A stretch of 64,000 nucleotides of DNA from an uncultured Bacillota bacterium (GTDB lineage: Bacteria; Sysuimicrobiota; Sysuimicrobiia; Sysuimicrobiales; Segetimicrobiaceae), in assembly GCA_963804645.1 (NCBI GenBank), contig CAWDRG010000006.1:32001-96000 (forward strand). Reading direction: 5' to 3'. This document shows positions 53,287 through 64,000 of this stretch, piece by piece. Each line of letters starts with the position of its first letter. Position 1 is the first letter of the stretch. The position numbers and the translations under genes are program-made. The notes under the pieces were generated by a model. That model was not told the origin of the DNA and made no database searches. It saw nothing but the letters and a program-made list of their open reading frames with translations.

Positions 53287-54225
53287 TCAGGGCCGCGCGT
53301 CCTGCCGAAACGCCTCGCGCAGGGCGCGCGCCGAGTCGTCAATGATCTCCCACGCCTTCGCCGTGATGCTCGGCATGCGGTGCGCGCCGTGGATCATCCC
53401 CTCGTAGTGGCGGTGCGCCGTGGGGACGCCGGCCTCCGCGAGGCGCCGGGCATAGTCGGCCGCCTCGTCGAGGAGCGGATCGTACTCGTAGGTCAGGACT
53501 GCGGCCGGCGCCACCCCCCGGAGATCCTTGGCGCGCAGCGGGGAGGCGTCGGGGTGGCTGCGCTGCGCGACGTCGGGGACGTACTGGTCCCAGTACCACC
53601 GCATCCCCTCACGGGTGAGGCCGTACCCCTGCGCGAGGCGCTCGTAGGAGGGGCGCGTAAAGTCGTGGTCGAGGACCGGGCAGATCAGCAGCTGCAGGCG
53701 GAGCGGCGGTCCCCCGCGGTCGCGCGCCCGCAGGCCCATGACCGCCGCGAGGTTGCCGCCCGCGCTGTCGCCGCCCACGGCGAGGCGACCGTCTCCGCCG
53801 ATCTCGCGCGCGTGCGCCGCAGCCCACGTGGTCACGGCCCACGCGTCGTCCACGGCGGCGGGGAAGGGGTGCTCCGGGGCCGAGCGAAAATCGACCGCCG
53901 CCACCACGCACGGCGTCCGCTTGGCGAAGGACCGGCACAGGCCGTCGTGGGTGTCCAGATTTCCGGTGACCCAGCCGCCGCCGTGGAAGAAGACGAGCAC
54001 CGGCTGCGGGCCCGCGGCCGCGGGGGTGTAGACGCGGGTGCGAACCGGTCCGGCCGGCCCAGGGACGGTGAGATCCCGCACCGCTGCGACGTCCTCGACG
54101 GCCGCGTACTGGAGCGGCGCGCGCTCGACCGCGAGGCGTCTCGCCTCTTCGGCCGACATCTCGTAAATTGGTGTGGCGCCGGCCTGCGCGTCCAGATAGG
54201 TGCGGAGGTCACGATCGAGGGGCAT
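53287..54225 (-). CDS. Alpha/beta hydrolase (HSL-family esterase)
   Basis: FFHGGGW, GGDSAGG, YDPL, HG. Confidence 0.92.
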   Translation of the reverse strand: MPLDRDLRTYLDAQAGATPIYEMSAEEARRLAVERAPLQYAAVEDVAAVRDLTVPGPAGPVRTRVYTPAAAGPQPVLVFFHGGGWVTGNLDTHDGLCRSFAKRTPCVVAAVDFRSAPEHPFPAAVDDAWAVTTWAAAHAREIGGDGRLAVGGDSAGGNLAAVMGLRARDRGGPPLRLQLLICPVLDHDFTRPSYERLAQGYGLTREGMRWYWDQYVPDVAQRSHPDASPLRAKDLRGVAPAAVLTYEYDPLLDEAADYARRLAEAGVPTAHRHYEGMIHGAHRMPSITAKAWEIIDDSARALREAFRQDARP

Positions 54226-54441
54226 CCGCGTTCCTCCCGTGTCTAGAAGATCGGCCGCGGGGACCGGCGGCCTCTGCTTATCAATCCAGGTTCGCGTCGG
54301 GACGCCCGGGTCCCCGTCGCCGCCGTCATGCGCTGACGGCCGGGCGCGCGGCACACGCAGGGGAGTCTCGCGGGTCGTCTCAGGTACGGCGGGTGGAACT
54401 GGCAGACTCGGGCGGAACGGTGAGGGGGACGCTCGCGAGAC

Positions 54442-55416
54442 TCAGCCGCCGATCTGGGACATGATGCGCTGGACGGGAATCACGTTTTGGGCGAGGCCGT
54501 GGCCCCAGGGCTTCTTGAAGGCCGCGGCGCGGAACCGTTCCCGGATCTCCTCGTATGTGGCGCCCGACCGCAGCGGCGTCCTGAGATCGGCCTCGTCGTC
54601 GCGCAGGAGGCACAGGCGCAGCCGGCCCTCCGCGGTGAGCCGCAGCCGCCCGCACTGCGCGCAGAACGGCTCGCTCACCGAGCTGATGAAGCCCAGCGTG
54701 CCGGGCGCGCCCTCGAAGCGGTAGGTGCGCGCCGGGTCATAGCCGCTGATATCGAGCGGGACCAGCGGCCCGATCGCCGCCTCGATCTTCGCCATCGTCT
54801 CGGCGCTCGGGACGTACGCGCTGGTCTGGAATCCCGCGACGCTGCCGAACGGCATCATCTCGATAAACCGGACGGTCCAGTCGCGGGTCGTGGTCAGGCG
54901 CGCGAGCTCGACGACGTCATCCTCGTTGAAGCCGCGCACGACGACGGCGTTCAGTTTGATCGGCTTGAGGCCCGCCGCGCGCGCGGCGTCGAGGCCGTTC
55001 AGCACTTGGTCGAGGTCGCCCCACCGGGTGATCCTGCGGAACTTGTCGCGGTCGAGGCTGTCGAGGCTGACGTTGACGCGGCGGAGGCCGGCCTCCGCGA
55101 GCCCCTGCGCGAGCCCCGCCAAGCGGATCCCGTTAGTCGTCATGCCGAGGTCGATGATCCCGGGCACCGCGGCGATCCGCCGGGTCAGCTCGACCAGGCC
55201 GGGCCGCACTGTGGGCTCGCCCCCGGTCAGCCGGATCTTCCGCACGCCGAGTTCGGCCGCCGCGCGCACGACCGTGAGGATCTCGTCGTCGGTCAGCATC
55301 TCCGCGCGCGGCTTGAAGACCATCTCCTCCGGCATGCAGTACACGCACCGGAGGTTGCAGCGGTCCGTGAGCGAGATGCGGAGGTCCCTGATCTCCCGAC
55401 CATACTGATCTTGCAC
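54442..55416 (-). CDS. moaA: GTP 3',8-cyclase
   Basis: LRISLTDRCNLRCVYCMP, TGGEP, FCAQCGRLRLT...LCL, ends MSQIGG. Confidence 0.97.
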   Translation of the reverse strand: MQDQYGREIRDLRISLTDRCNLRCVYCMPEEMVFKPRAEMLTDDEILTVVRAAAELGVRKIRLTGGEPTVRPGLVELTRRIAAVPGIIDLGMTTNGIRLAGLAQGLAEAGLRRVNVSLDSLDRDKFRRITRWGDLDQVLNGLDAARAAGLKPIKLNAVVVRGFNEDDVVELARLTTTRDWTVRFIEMMPFGSVAGFQTSAYVPSAETMAKIEAAIGPLVPLDISGYDPARTYRFEGAPGTLGFISSVSEPFCAQCGRLRLTAEGRLRLCLLRDDEADLRTPLRSGATYEEIRERFRAAAFKKPWGHGLAQNVIPVQRIMSQIGG

Positions 55417-55567
55417 GTGGTCACTCCCGACGCCGAGCGGTCCAAGCGGCGCTCAAGTAAAGTATAGCACGTGTAAAGTATAACACCCGGGGGAAGCGCG
55501 AATTCCTGACTTTTCCGCGTGGAGGAGCCAGCGTGCGGGGCCCGCCTTGCTGGGCGGTTTCGGGCTC

Positions 55568-55576
55568 TGCTAGACT
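55568..55576 (+). promoter_or_regulatory. Extended -10 promoter of tRNA-Thr
   Basis: TGcTAGACT ending 18 nt before the tRNA. Confidence 0.6.
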
Positions 55577-55594
55577 ACAGGGGAACCGTCGCGG

Positions 55595-55671
55595 GCCCTC
55601 GTAGCTCAATTCGGCAGAGCACCTCACTTGTAATGAGGTGGTTACCGGTTCAAGTCCGGTCGAGGGCTCCA
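55595..55671 (+). tRNA. tRNA-Thr(TGT)
   Basis: Acceptor GCCCTCG/CGAGGGC, anticodon arm CCTCA-CTTGTAA-TGAGG, GGTTCAA, encoded CCA. Confidence 0.96.
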
Positions 55672-55979
55672 GTCACGTCCTCCAGGCTGCAGCCGAGTGC
55701 GCCGATGCAGGCTGTCGCGGGCTGCGGCACGTTCGTGGAGCCGGAGCCAGTAGGACCCGACGTGCTAGGGACGGACGTTGACCGTGACACGCCTCGGGCG
55801 CGTGGTGCACGTCGTGGCGACCCAAAGGCTCAGCATCGCGCGCGGTCGTCGCGACCGTGGTACGCAGGTAGTGAGAGACGTGACCGTTGCCGTGTCGGCG
55901 CTCACAAACGATGACGAGTTGTGCGCGCTGCGCGGCCGGATCAGCCGGCCGCGCAGCGAGATCGAAGGAGACGGTCAAC

Positions 55980-58900
55980 ATGGCGTTCGTGGCCTGGCAC
56001 AACCAAACCCTGACCGACCACCTCGGCCTTACGAAGCAATACGAGGCCCAGGGTTACGGCTTCATCTCGCTGAGCGTCTATGGATCAACATCGTCGCCGT
56101 ACTATGCCGCCGTGATGGTGCAACCATCGCCGGCCGCGCAGCATCACTATCCCGCCGTACCGGTGAATCAGTGGCAGCAGCTGTTCAATCAGGAAGCCGG
56201 ACAAGGCTATGGGCCGACGATGGTCGCCGCCACCGGCTCGGCGGTGAGCCCACTGTACGCTGCAGTCTTCGAACCGCAAGACCCAATTCCGCTGACGATC
56301 AACGGCATCGGCCTGCCCATCCAAGGCTGGCAGGCGCAGACACTCAACAACAACGGAAAGACCGGCGGCCCGTCCGCCGCGGGCGGCCTCTTCGTCAGCG
56401 TCTACAACGATCAGCAGCACTTTGCGTATCTCGACGGGAGCGGCAACATCCAGGATGCGTGGTACAGCGGCGACGAGTGGCAGCTCCAGCAGATCAATAA
56501 CGGCGGAAAGACCAAAGGGCCGGCCGCTGCCGGCAGTCTCTTCGTCAGCGTCTACAACAATCAGCAGCATTTCACCTACGTCGATACCGGGGGCAACATT
56601 CACGACGCCTGGTACGGTAACGGCGGCTGGCAGATCCAGCAGCTCAACAACGGCGGAACGGTCGATGGCCCGGCCGCCGTCGGCGGTCTCTTCGTCAGCG
56701 TCTACAACGACCAGCAACACTTCACCTATCTCGACGGCCTCGGCAACATCCAGGACGCCTGGTACGGCAACGACGGCTGGCACACCCAGCGGCTCAACAA
56801 CGGCCACGGCGGACAAACCGACGGCCCGGACGCGGTCGGCGGCCTCTTCGTCAGCGTCTACAATGATCAGCAGCACTTCACTTACCTCGATGACGGCGAT
56901 AACCTCCAGGACATTTGGTATGGCAGCGACGGCTGGCACGTCCAGCGGCTTAACAACGGCCACGGCGGCAAGACCGACGGCCCGGCCGCGGCCGGCGGTC
57001 CGTTCGTCAGTGTCTACAACGACCAGCAGCACTTTGCGTATCTCGACGGACTCGGTAACCTCCAGGACATCTGGTACGGCAACGACGGCTGGCACGTCCA
57101 GCAGCTCAACAACGGGCACGGCGGCAAGACCGACGGCCCGGCCGCGGTCGGCGGCCCGTTCGTCTGCGTGTATGACGATCAGCAGCACTTCGCCTACCTC
57201 GACGGCCAGGGCAACCTCCAGGACGCCTGGTACGGTAACGGAGGCTGGCACGTCCAGCAGCTCAACAACGGCCACGGCGGCAAGACCGACGCCCCGGCCG
57301 CGGTCGGCGGCCCATTCGTCTGCGTGTATGGCGATCAGCAGCACTTCGCCTACCTCGACGGCGGCGGTAACGTCCAGGACGTCTGGTACAGCACGTACGT
57401 CCAGACCCTTGCGGTACTGAATGCGCTGGCGAAGAGCCAGGGGCTGATCCTGCGGTGGGCCGCGTCGTATGGTGATTCGATGGGTCGGGCCTTTGTCGCG
57501 ATCTGGATCCCCAATTCCGGCCAGACACTTTGGAATAACGACGGGGTCTCCGATAGCGCCAGCGGCTATCAGGCCCGCTTTGACGCGGAGGCCTCCGGGT
57601 GGTGCCGACCCGCGTTCGTCACCCTGAATACGAATTTGGAATATCTCTCAATCTTCGTGGATAACCAGATCGGTCCGTTGTGGGCGAACCACGAACTGAC
57701 ATCGGCCCAGTACCAGTCCGCGTCCGACACGTTGGTGCAACAAGGCTTTTTCCCCATCTGCGTACAGGCCGCCGGACCGGATCCGGATTTCGCGACGTTT
57801 TCCGCGATCTTCGCGAAGAGCCAGCAGGTCGTCGGGAAGCAGTTCAGCGCGACGGGGCCGGTGGCCAATGCCCAGATCGACGCGGTCATCGCACCGTTGA
57901 TGCAGACCTATGGCGTACGTCATGCCGCACTGGCCATCGTGCACGACCGGCAGCTCGTGTATGCGCGGGCGTACACGCTGGCCGAGCCCGACTGGCCGGT
58001 CGCGCAGCCGACCACCTGCTTCCGCCTGGCGAGCGTGTCCAAGGTGCCGACCGCCGTGGCCATTTATCAACTGATCCAGGCGGGGACGCTCAAGCTGGGG
58101 GACTCGCTCCAGGGCATTCTGCAGCTCACGACACCCTCCGGCGGACCGCCCGTGGATTTACGGTTCAACCAAATTACCATCCAACAGCTGCTCGAACACA
58201 AGAGCGGACTGATTCCCGACGGGCCCACTTCCGGCGCGTTCGATGATGGTGTGGCTGTGGCGAAAGCGTTTCCGACGGCGACGCTGCCCGTGAGCGCCCC
58301 GATGACGGACTCGTACATTGCCAGCCTTCGCCTCCAGAGCAACCCGGGCGCCACGCAAGTGTACAACAACTGCGGCTACTATCTGTTGGCGCGTGTCGTC
58401 GCAAAGCTGCGCGGTCAAAGCCGTCCGATCGACGCGTACCAGCAGTATTTGTTCAATCCGCTGTCGATCACGCGCATCCGCCGCGCGGTGAGCTTGGTCG
58501 CCGACCAGCCGCCGGACGAAGCGCGGTACCAGGACTACGATCTCATCGTGGATGCGAGTCAAATGTCCGAGCCACAACCGCTGGTCCCCGACATGTACGG
58601 CGACCTCCAACTCGAGATCATGGAAGGGTCGGGCGGGCTGACCGGGGCCGTTCCCGACGTGGCGCGGCTGATCGCGATCCTCATTTCGCAGCAGGACAAT
58701 CCCGCCAGCACGCGGGCGACGCTGGTGAATATGCTGTCGGCTGGAGCGGCGCTGAGCACCGCTGGCTTCGCGCGCGCGGGGTATGGGTTTGACTTCGTCA
58801 GCAGCTTGGGCGGCGGCCAGTTCGACGCCCAGAAAGGCGGCTTGTGGGACAGCTCGTCCAGCATCCTATCACTCAACGGGGAGTGGGGATTTACGATGCT

Positions 58901-59036
58901 GTGGGGTAGTGGACGGCCTGGTCAACTCCCGAACCAGCCGTGGGCGTCAAATTTCCCCGCGGTCATGAACATCGCTACGAGTACCAACTGGGGCTCCGAC
59001 GATCTCTTCCCGCAATTCGGCATGCCGTCGCTGTGA
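55980..59036 (+). CDS. Serine hydrolase (beta-lactamase family) with tandem-repeat domains and an inserted 7-repeat propeller
   Basis: AAGGAG RBS; FRLASVSK (SxxK), LLEHKSG, YNN; seven 50-52 aa repeats. Confidence 0.85.
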   Translation: MAFVAWHNQTLTDHLGLTKQYEAQGYGFISLSVYGSTSSPYYAAVMVQPSPAAQHHYPAVPVNQWQQLFNQEAGQGYGPTMVAATGSAVSPLYAAVFEPQDPIPLTINGIGLPIQGWQAQTLNNNGKTGGPSAAGGLFVSVYNDQQHFAYLDGSGNIQDAWYSGDEWQLQQINNGGKTKGPAAAGSLFVSVYNNQQHFTYVDTGGNIHDAWYGNGGWQIQQLNNGGTVDGPAAVGGLFVSVYNDQQHFTYLDGLGNIQDAWYGNDGWHTQRLNNGHGGQTDGPDAVGGLFVSVYNDQQHFTYLDDGDNLQDIWYGSDGWHVQRLNNGHGGKTDGPAAAGGPFVSVYNDQQHFAYLDGLGNLQDIWYGNDGWHVQQLNNGHGGKTDGPAAVGGPFVCVYDDQQHFAYLDGQGNLQDAWYGNGGWHVQQLNNGHGGKTDAPAAVGGPFVCVYGDQQHFAYLDGGGNVQDVWYSTYVQTLAVLNALAKSQGLILRWAASYGDSMGRAFVAIWIPNSGQTLWNNDGVSDSASGYQARFDAEASGWCRPAFVTLNTNLEYLSIFVDNQIGPLWANHELTSAQYQSASDTLVQQGFFPICVQAAGPDPDFATFSAIFAKSQQVVGKQFSATGPVANAQIDAVIAPLMQTYGVRHAALAIVHDRQLVYARAYTLAEPDWPVAQPTTCFRLASVSKVPTAVAIYQLIQAGTLKLGDSLQGILQLTTPSGGPPVDLRFNQITIQQLLEHKSGLIPDGPTSGAFDDGVAVAKAFPTATLPVSAPMTDSYIASLRLQSNPGATQVYNNCGYYLLARVVAKLRGQSRPIDAYQQYLFNPLSITRIRRAVSLVADQPPDEARYQDYDLIVDASQMSEPQPLVPDMYGDLQLEIMEGSGGLTGAVPDVARLIAILISQQDNPASTRATLVNMLSAGAALSTAGFARAGYGFDFVSSLGGGQFDAQKGGLWDSSSSILSLNGEWGFTMLWGSGRPGQLPNQPWASNFPAVMNIATSTNWGSDDLFPQFGMPSL
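56328..57392 (+). repeat. Seven intragenic tandem repeats of 150-156 bp
   Basis: Unit W.xQ.LNNG..KTDGP.A.GG.FV.VY.DQQHF.YLDG.GN.QD.WY. Confidence 0.95.
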
Positions 59037-59109
59037 CGGCGGCGCGGCCCGTGGGCGCGGCGCGCCGTTCCGCAAGGCGCGCTGATAGACTCCCGATGGC
59101 TCGCCGTGG

Positions 59110-59187
59110 ACCCTCGCAGCCTAGTTCGACCGGACATCTCACTTGTAATGAGGGTGGTTACCGGTTCAAGTCCGGTCGAGGGCTCCA
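59110..59187 (+). repeat. Degenerate full-length tRNA-Thr copy (att-like repeat 1)
   Basis: 3' part 59138-59187 identical to the tRNA except one inserted G; 5' part matches 18/28. Confidence 0.88.
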
Positions 59188-59480
59188 GATTTTGCTAGGG
59201 GTTGCGGTCGTCTGCGTGATCATCGGGGAGATACTGCGCGCGCGAGTCGCCGACGGTCGTGATTTTGAGAAGGACCGCATGCGCGAGCGGCAGATACACT
59301 CGCCGGCGGTCGAGTTCGACAGGCGCGGCGGCCTCAAGGGAGACGAAGACGAGGGCCGCTGAACGGTGAGCGGCGGAGCGGAAACCACTCGCCAGAACGA
59401 CCGCATCGCGCAGGTGGGCGTGCACACGCCCAGGAACTGGGCAGAACCAGCGCTCACGGCTCGACATGGAGGAGACGGCC

Positions 59481-60743
59481 ATGAAGCGACGCGTGTTCGC
59501 GCTCGTCCTCGGCATCCTCGTCGCAGGGTTGCTGGCGGGACCCAGGCCCGCGACGGGAGACACCGCCGACGCTGGCTTGGTGCTCGCGGCGTTGAACGTC
59601 TTGGAGCAGCGGTACGCGAAGCCCGTCCAGCCGGTGGCGTTGTTAAACGCCGCAATTGAATCTCTTGGACAAGCGGGCAATGTGGACCTCACGGCCATTC
59701 CCGATGGTACGCTCGAGGCACAGGCACAGGGGGCGTTCCGCCAAGACTTCGCCAAAGCTGTGCAGACGGGCGCGGCGAAGGAGGAGGACCTCGCCTATCA
59801 AGCCACGCGGGCGATGCTGGCGTCGCTTCATGACAGCCACACCCTCTACATTGATCCGGCGCACTGGGCGGCCCGGCAGGTTCAGGTAGGCGGGAAGCCC
59901 GGTTTTGTCGGCATAGGATTCATCAGCGTGTCCATCAAGGACGACGCAGGCCAGTCCGTGCTGTATGCTGCGGTAGTATTTCCTGGCGCGCCCGCGGCCG
60001 CAGCAGGTCTCTAGGTGCTCGACCAGTTCACCGGAGGCGCGCCTGCCGCAGGCCCCGCCGGATCGACCGTTACATTTACCGTGCAGCGCAAGGGGCAGCC
60101 GGTCACTCTCACGGCGACGAGGCAAGCCATCCAAACGCCTATCGTTGTTGCGGTACCGATGGTCCGTCCCGGGATTGCGTACATTAACTTCCTGGGGTTC
60201 GCCCAGGGTGCCAATGACGCGGTCCGGACCGCGTTGAAGACAGCCCAGGCCCAGGGTCCGCTTCGCGGCGTGATTCTTGACCTGCGACAAAATGGCGGAG
60301 GTCAAATTGACGAGTTGGAGGGCATCGCCGGAGCGCTGCTGCCCCCGCGGACGCTCCTTGCGCATACGGTCAGCCGACAGCAGGGATCGTCTGAGTTTCT
60401 GGTGACCGGGGCACCGCTTCTGCCTCAAACTCCGCTTGTCGTCCTGACGAGTGGGCGCAGCGAGTCAGCCGCTGAAATACTGAGCCTTGCGCTCCACGAC
60501 GCGCATCGAGCGACCCTGATTGGTGAGAAGACGGCCGGTGCGTATCAGAACAACAACGTGGTCCCGCTGCCCGCCGGGGGGATGTCCGTCACCGTGCGTG
60601 AGATCTCCGGCCCTCAATATGAGCAAGTGGAGGGGATCGGGATCACGCCTGACCAGGTAGTCCCGCTGACCGTCGACGACGTGTTGAACGGGACGGATAG
60701 TCAGCTCGATGCGGCGCTCAAAGCACTCGGCGCCGGGAACTAG
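59481..60743 (+). pseudogene. S41 (C-terminal processing) peptidase with in-frame TAG at 60012-60014
   Basis: Signal peptide, MLASLHDSHT, ILDLRQNGGG, SESAAEI, GEKTAG, EGIGITPD; both ORFs in one frame. Confidence 0.85.
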
Positions 60744-60936
60744 GAGATGCGCCCTAAACGGTATCCCTTGCCGGTGGGTAAGCCACGGGAACTTGCGATT
60801 CCTTTGCAATTGCGCGGAGCCGGGATCTGAGGGATTGGGCCGTGGTAGGAAAGGAAGTCGAAGGCGGACAGCCTGTTGAAATAGTGCTCAAAGAAGCTGA
60901 GACGTGCGAAGCATCGAACTGCAAAGGGAGTAGGTT

Positions 60937-62044
<1,108 letters not shown>

Positions 62045-62106
62045 TCAGCTTTGTTGGGTGGCAGATGGAACCCTGGCCAGTGTGACCGACTCAAGACTGC
62101 CAGAAT

Positions 62107-62155
62107 CTCACTGGTAATGAGGTGGTTACCGGTTCAAGTCCGGTCGAGGGCGCCA
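62107..62155 (+). repeat. tRNA-Thr 3' fragment (att-like repeat 3; anticodon reads GGT)
   Basis: 47/49 identical to 55623-55671. Confidence 0.93.
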
Positions 62156-62416
62156 GATCGTACTAGGGGTGCGGTTCTCCCTTCCGCCACGCGGTGCTCG
62201 AGATGGAGGCGATTGGATTCCAACTCGCTCGTGGGGCGTCAGCCCGTCGCTCCCCCGGCGGGCGCGGCGCTCGGCCGTGGCGGGCCATACGCGACGCGTC
62301 TGTCTGCTTGTTCTGGCGACCCTCGTTTCCTGGCGCACGAGGAGAGATCATCGCTGAGCCCGGTGCGACGCAGTCATCTCCCCGCTGTCTCCGTCCCTCG
62401 GGGTGTCCGAGCGATA

Positions 62417-63370
62417 CTAGCGTTCAAGCGAGATCTCCAGCCGGAACGTCGTCGACGTGTCTCCCACGGGGACATTCGGGATGGCGAGCACCAACGTTTT
62501 CGTACCCACGGGTACCGGATCGAACGCGATCTGCCCGGTCTGTGACGACTTGCCGGGGACGGCGTCCGGCAGTTGAGTCTGCATGAACCGCACGTTGTAG
62601 GTGTGGCTCAGGTCATCGGTGAGCGTGGCAGCGGACGCCGCCAGCACGAGGTTGACGGGCGCATCGTTGCTGTTGTCGGCGGTGATTCGCACGGTGGTGT
62701 AGTCCTTCTCGAACGTCACTTCGGATATACGAAGCGTCAGTCCGTTTTCGGACGCTTCGGCGTTTGCCGCGAGGCGCGTTCCCGACTCCTGAGTGGGCAA
62801 CTTCGCCATCGCCGCGACCATGTCGTCGGGGAGGGCGAGCCTCCACACGGCTCCGTCTCTGACGGCCACGAACGTCATGAGATTTTCGGCGACGGCGTGT
62901 CCACCGATCGGCATTGGGGCACAATACGTTGCGGTCGCCAAGCACGCAACGGTGACCAGCGTCGTCAGGATCGAGAATCCGGCGTTTTCTGTGGTCGTTG
63001 TCGTGACGTCTGCGGTGACGACGGCCTGATCCTGTGTCTCATTGTAGGCGGGCTCGCCGATCGTGTAGGTGATCGTTCTGGAGAATCCGACCCGTGTGCC
63101 TTGCGATCCAACCTGTTTCCAGTACGCAATGAATTGATCTGCAGCGACCCGCACCCGCGTGCGGTTGAGCAGATTCTCGTCGTAGAAACTCCGCAGCACG
63201 CCGTCCGCAGGCGGCTGTCCCCTCTCCGCGGGGACGGCGATCGTGTTGAGAAAGAGCGCGACGAGGTCTTGCGGGGCGGCGGTGCCGGACGACGACTGGG
63301 CCGAGCCCGGCGTCGCCAATGACAGACTCAGCACCGTGACAGTTGCCGCGAGCGCTACGAACTTCACCAT
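62417..63370 (-). CDS. Secreted or membrane-anchored protein with C-terminal Ig-like (DUF4352-like) domain
   Basis: GGAGGG RBS, signal peptide MVKFVALAA, C-terminal LTDDL..TY...PG.S..GQIAF. Confidence 0.65.
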   Translation of the reverse strand: MVKFVALAATVTVLSLSLATPGSAQSSSGTAAPQDLVALFLNTIAVPAERGQPPADGVLRSFYDENLLNRTRVRVAADQFIAYWKQVGSQGTRVGFSRTITYTIGEPAYNETQDQAVVTADVTTTTTENAGFSILTTLVTVACLATATYCAPMPIGGHAVAENLMTFVAVRDGAVWRLALPDDMVAAMAKLPTQESGTRLAANAEASENGLTLRISEVTFEKDYTTVRITADNSNDAPVNLVLAASAATLTDDLSHTYNVRFMQTQLPDAVPGKSSQTGQIAFDPVPVGTKTLVLAIPNVPVGDTSTTFRLEISLER

Positions 63371-63907
63371 ATGCCCCCCTCCATTCTGGGTGAACGCGCT
63401 AGTAGACCTGGATCCAGAAGCACAGGATTCGCTCCACGCCGTCCTCAGAGGTGCGATCCCCGACGATGCCCCTTGCGGGGCTGCCACCCGTACTCGCCCA
63501 CAAGACATCTCGCATGGCCACCACACCCCTGGCTCGCGGGCTGACCCGAACCTCGAGTGGGCCCTTGCCCCCGTACGCAGTCTTCCGATCTCCGCATCGC
63601 ATCCGCTCATATCATGCACGACGCGTAGGTTGTCCGAATCGGTCGAAGGGCCCAGGGAACGGGGGTGTGGCGCGGATAAGGGGCTGAAACCAGTCTGGCG
63701 CGCTCGGCTCGCTTTACACGTTCTGAGAAGACTGTCTCCTCAGAAGGCCGAGGCGTGTTGCGCGTTGTGAACTTCAGCGGCGGCACGTCCTCACTCCTGG
63801 TGTCCATCGTGCCGCAGGACTCGTTACGGCAGCCCCAAAGATACGTTCGCAGGTCATCAGCGGTTACTCGCGAACCCGCAAATGGCATAGGCTAGTGAGC
63901 GTGCCGC

Positions 63908-63956
63908 CCCACTTGTAATGAGGGGGTTACCGGTTCAAGTCCGGCCGAGGGCTCCA
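63908..63956 (+). repeat. tRNA-Thr 3' fragment (att-like repeat 4)
   Basis: 46/49 identical to 55623-55671. Confidence 0.93.
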
Positions 63957-64000
63957 GATTTTGCGTGGGTTGGGGTTAGTTCGGTCCCCTCGTTCGTTGT

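Noticed and set aside
54226..54441. Riboswitch between moaA and the esterase gene
   Set aside because: GC-rich hairpins only; no recognisable Moco, SAM or TPP core.
62173..62226. Short tRNA/tmRNA 3'-end-like strings (GGTTCTCCCTTCCGCCA and reverse-strand TGGAGGCGATTGGATTCCAAC)
   Set aside because: Too short and degenerate to separate from chance.
63607..63888. Possible tyrosine integrase remnant (VTADDLRTYL ... SAPYPRHT) beside repeat 4
   Set aside because: Only a loose resemblance to integrase N-terminal and HxLRH motifs; no RHR triad or catalytic Tyr can be traced. Needs an HMM search.

Overview
High-GC bacterial chromosome segment. Core genes follow a Firmicute-like order: purL(5'-truncated)-purF-purM-purN-purH, an rRNA operon, rpoZ, tRNA-Met, tilS-ftsH, folP-folB-folK-birA, coaX, greA-clpC-radA, deoC, ispDF-cysS-rlmB-sigH, moaA and tRNA-Thr(UGU). 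The lineage cannot be fixed without a 16S search. Four things stand out. (1) All five IS copies, from two unrelated DDE families, sit at a family-specific fixed distance and orientation just upstream of the -35 hexamer of host sigma70-type promoters. Family 1 target duplications end 8 bp before TTGACA at both sites. Family 2 5-bp duplications abut the -35 at both sites, with two elements stacked at rrn P1. This suggests undescribed promoter-targeted transposition. (2) Downstream of tRNA-Thr is an array of four 1.1-3.5 kb single-gene cargo segments, each closed by a copy of the tRNA 3' 49 nt, with no integrase in view. (3) The 23S rRNA has two group I introns separated by a 20-nt exon; the L1931 intron appears to end in A instead of the canonical G, and the L1951 intron encodes a LAGLIDADG endonuclease. 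(4) There are smaller oddities, including a membrane-domain-FolK fusion, a 7-repeat propeller inserted in a serine hydrolase, and frameshifted or stop-interrupted genes. Gene calls rest on motif recognition by eye; no searches were run.
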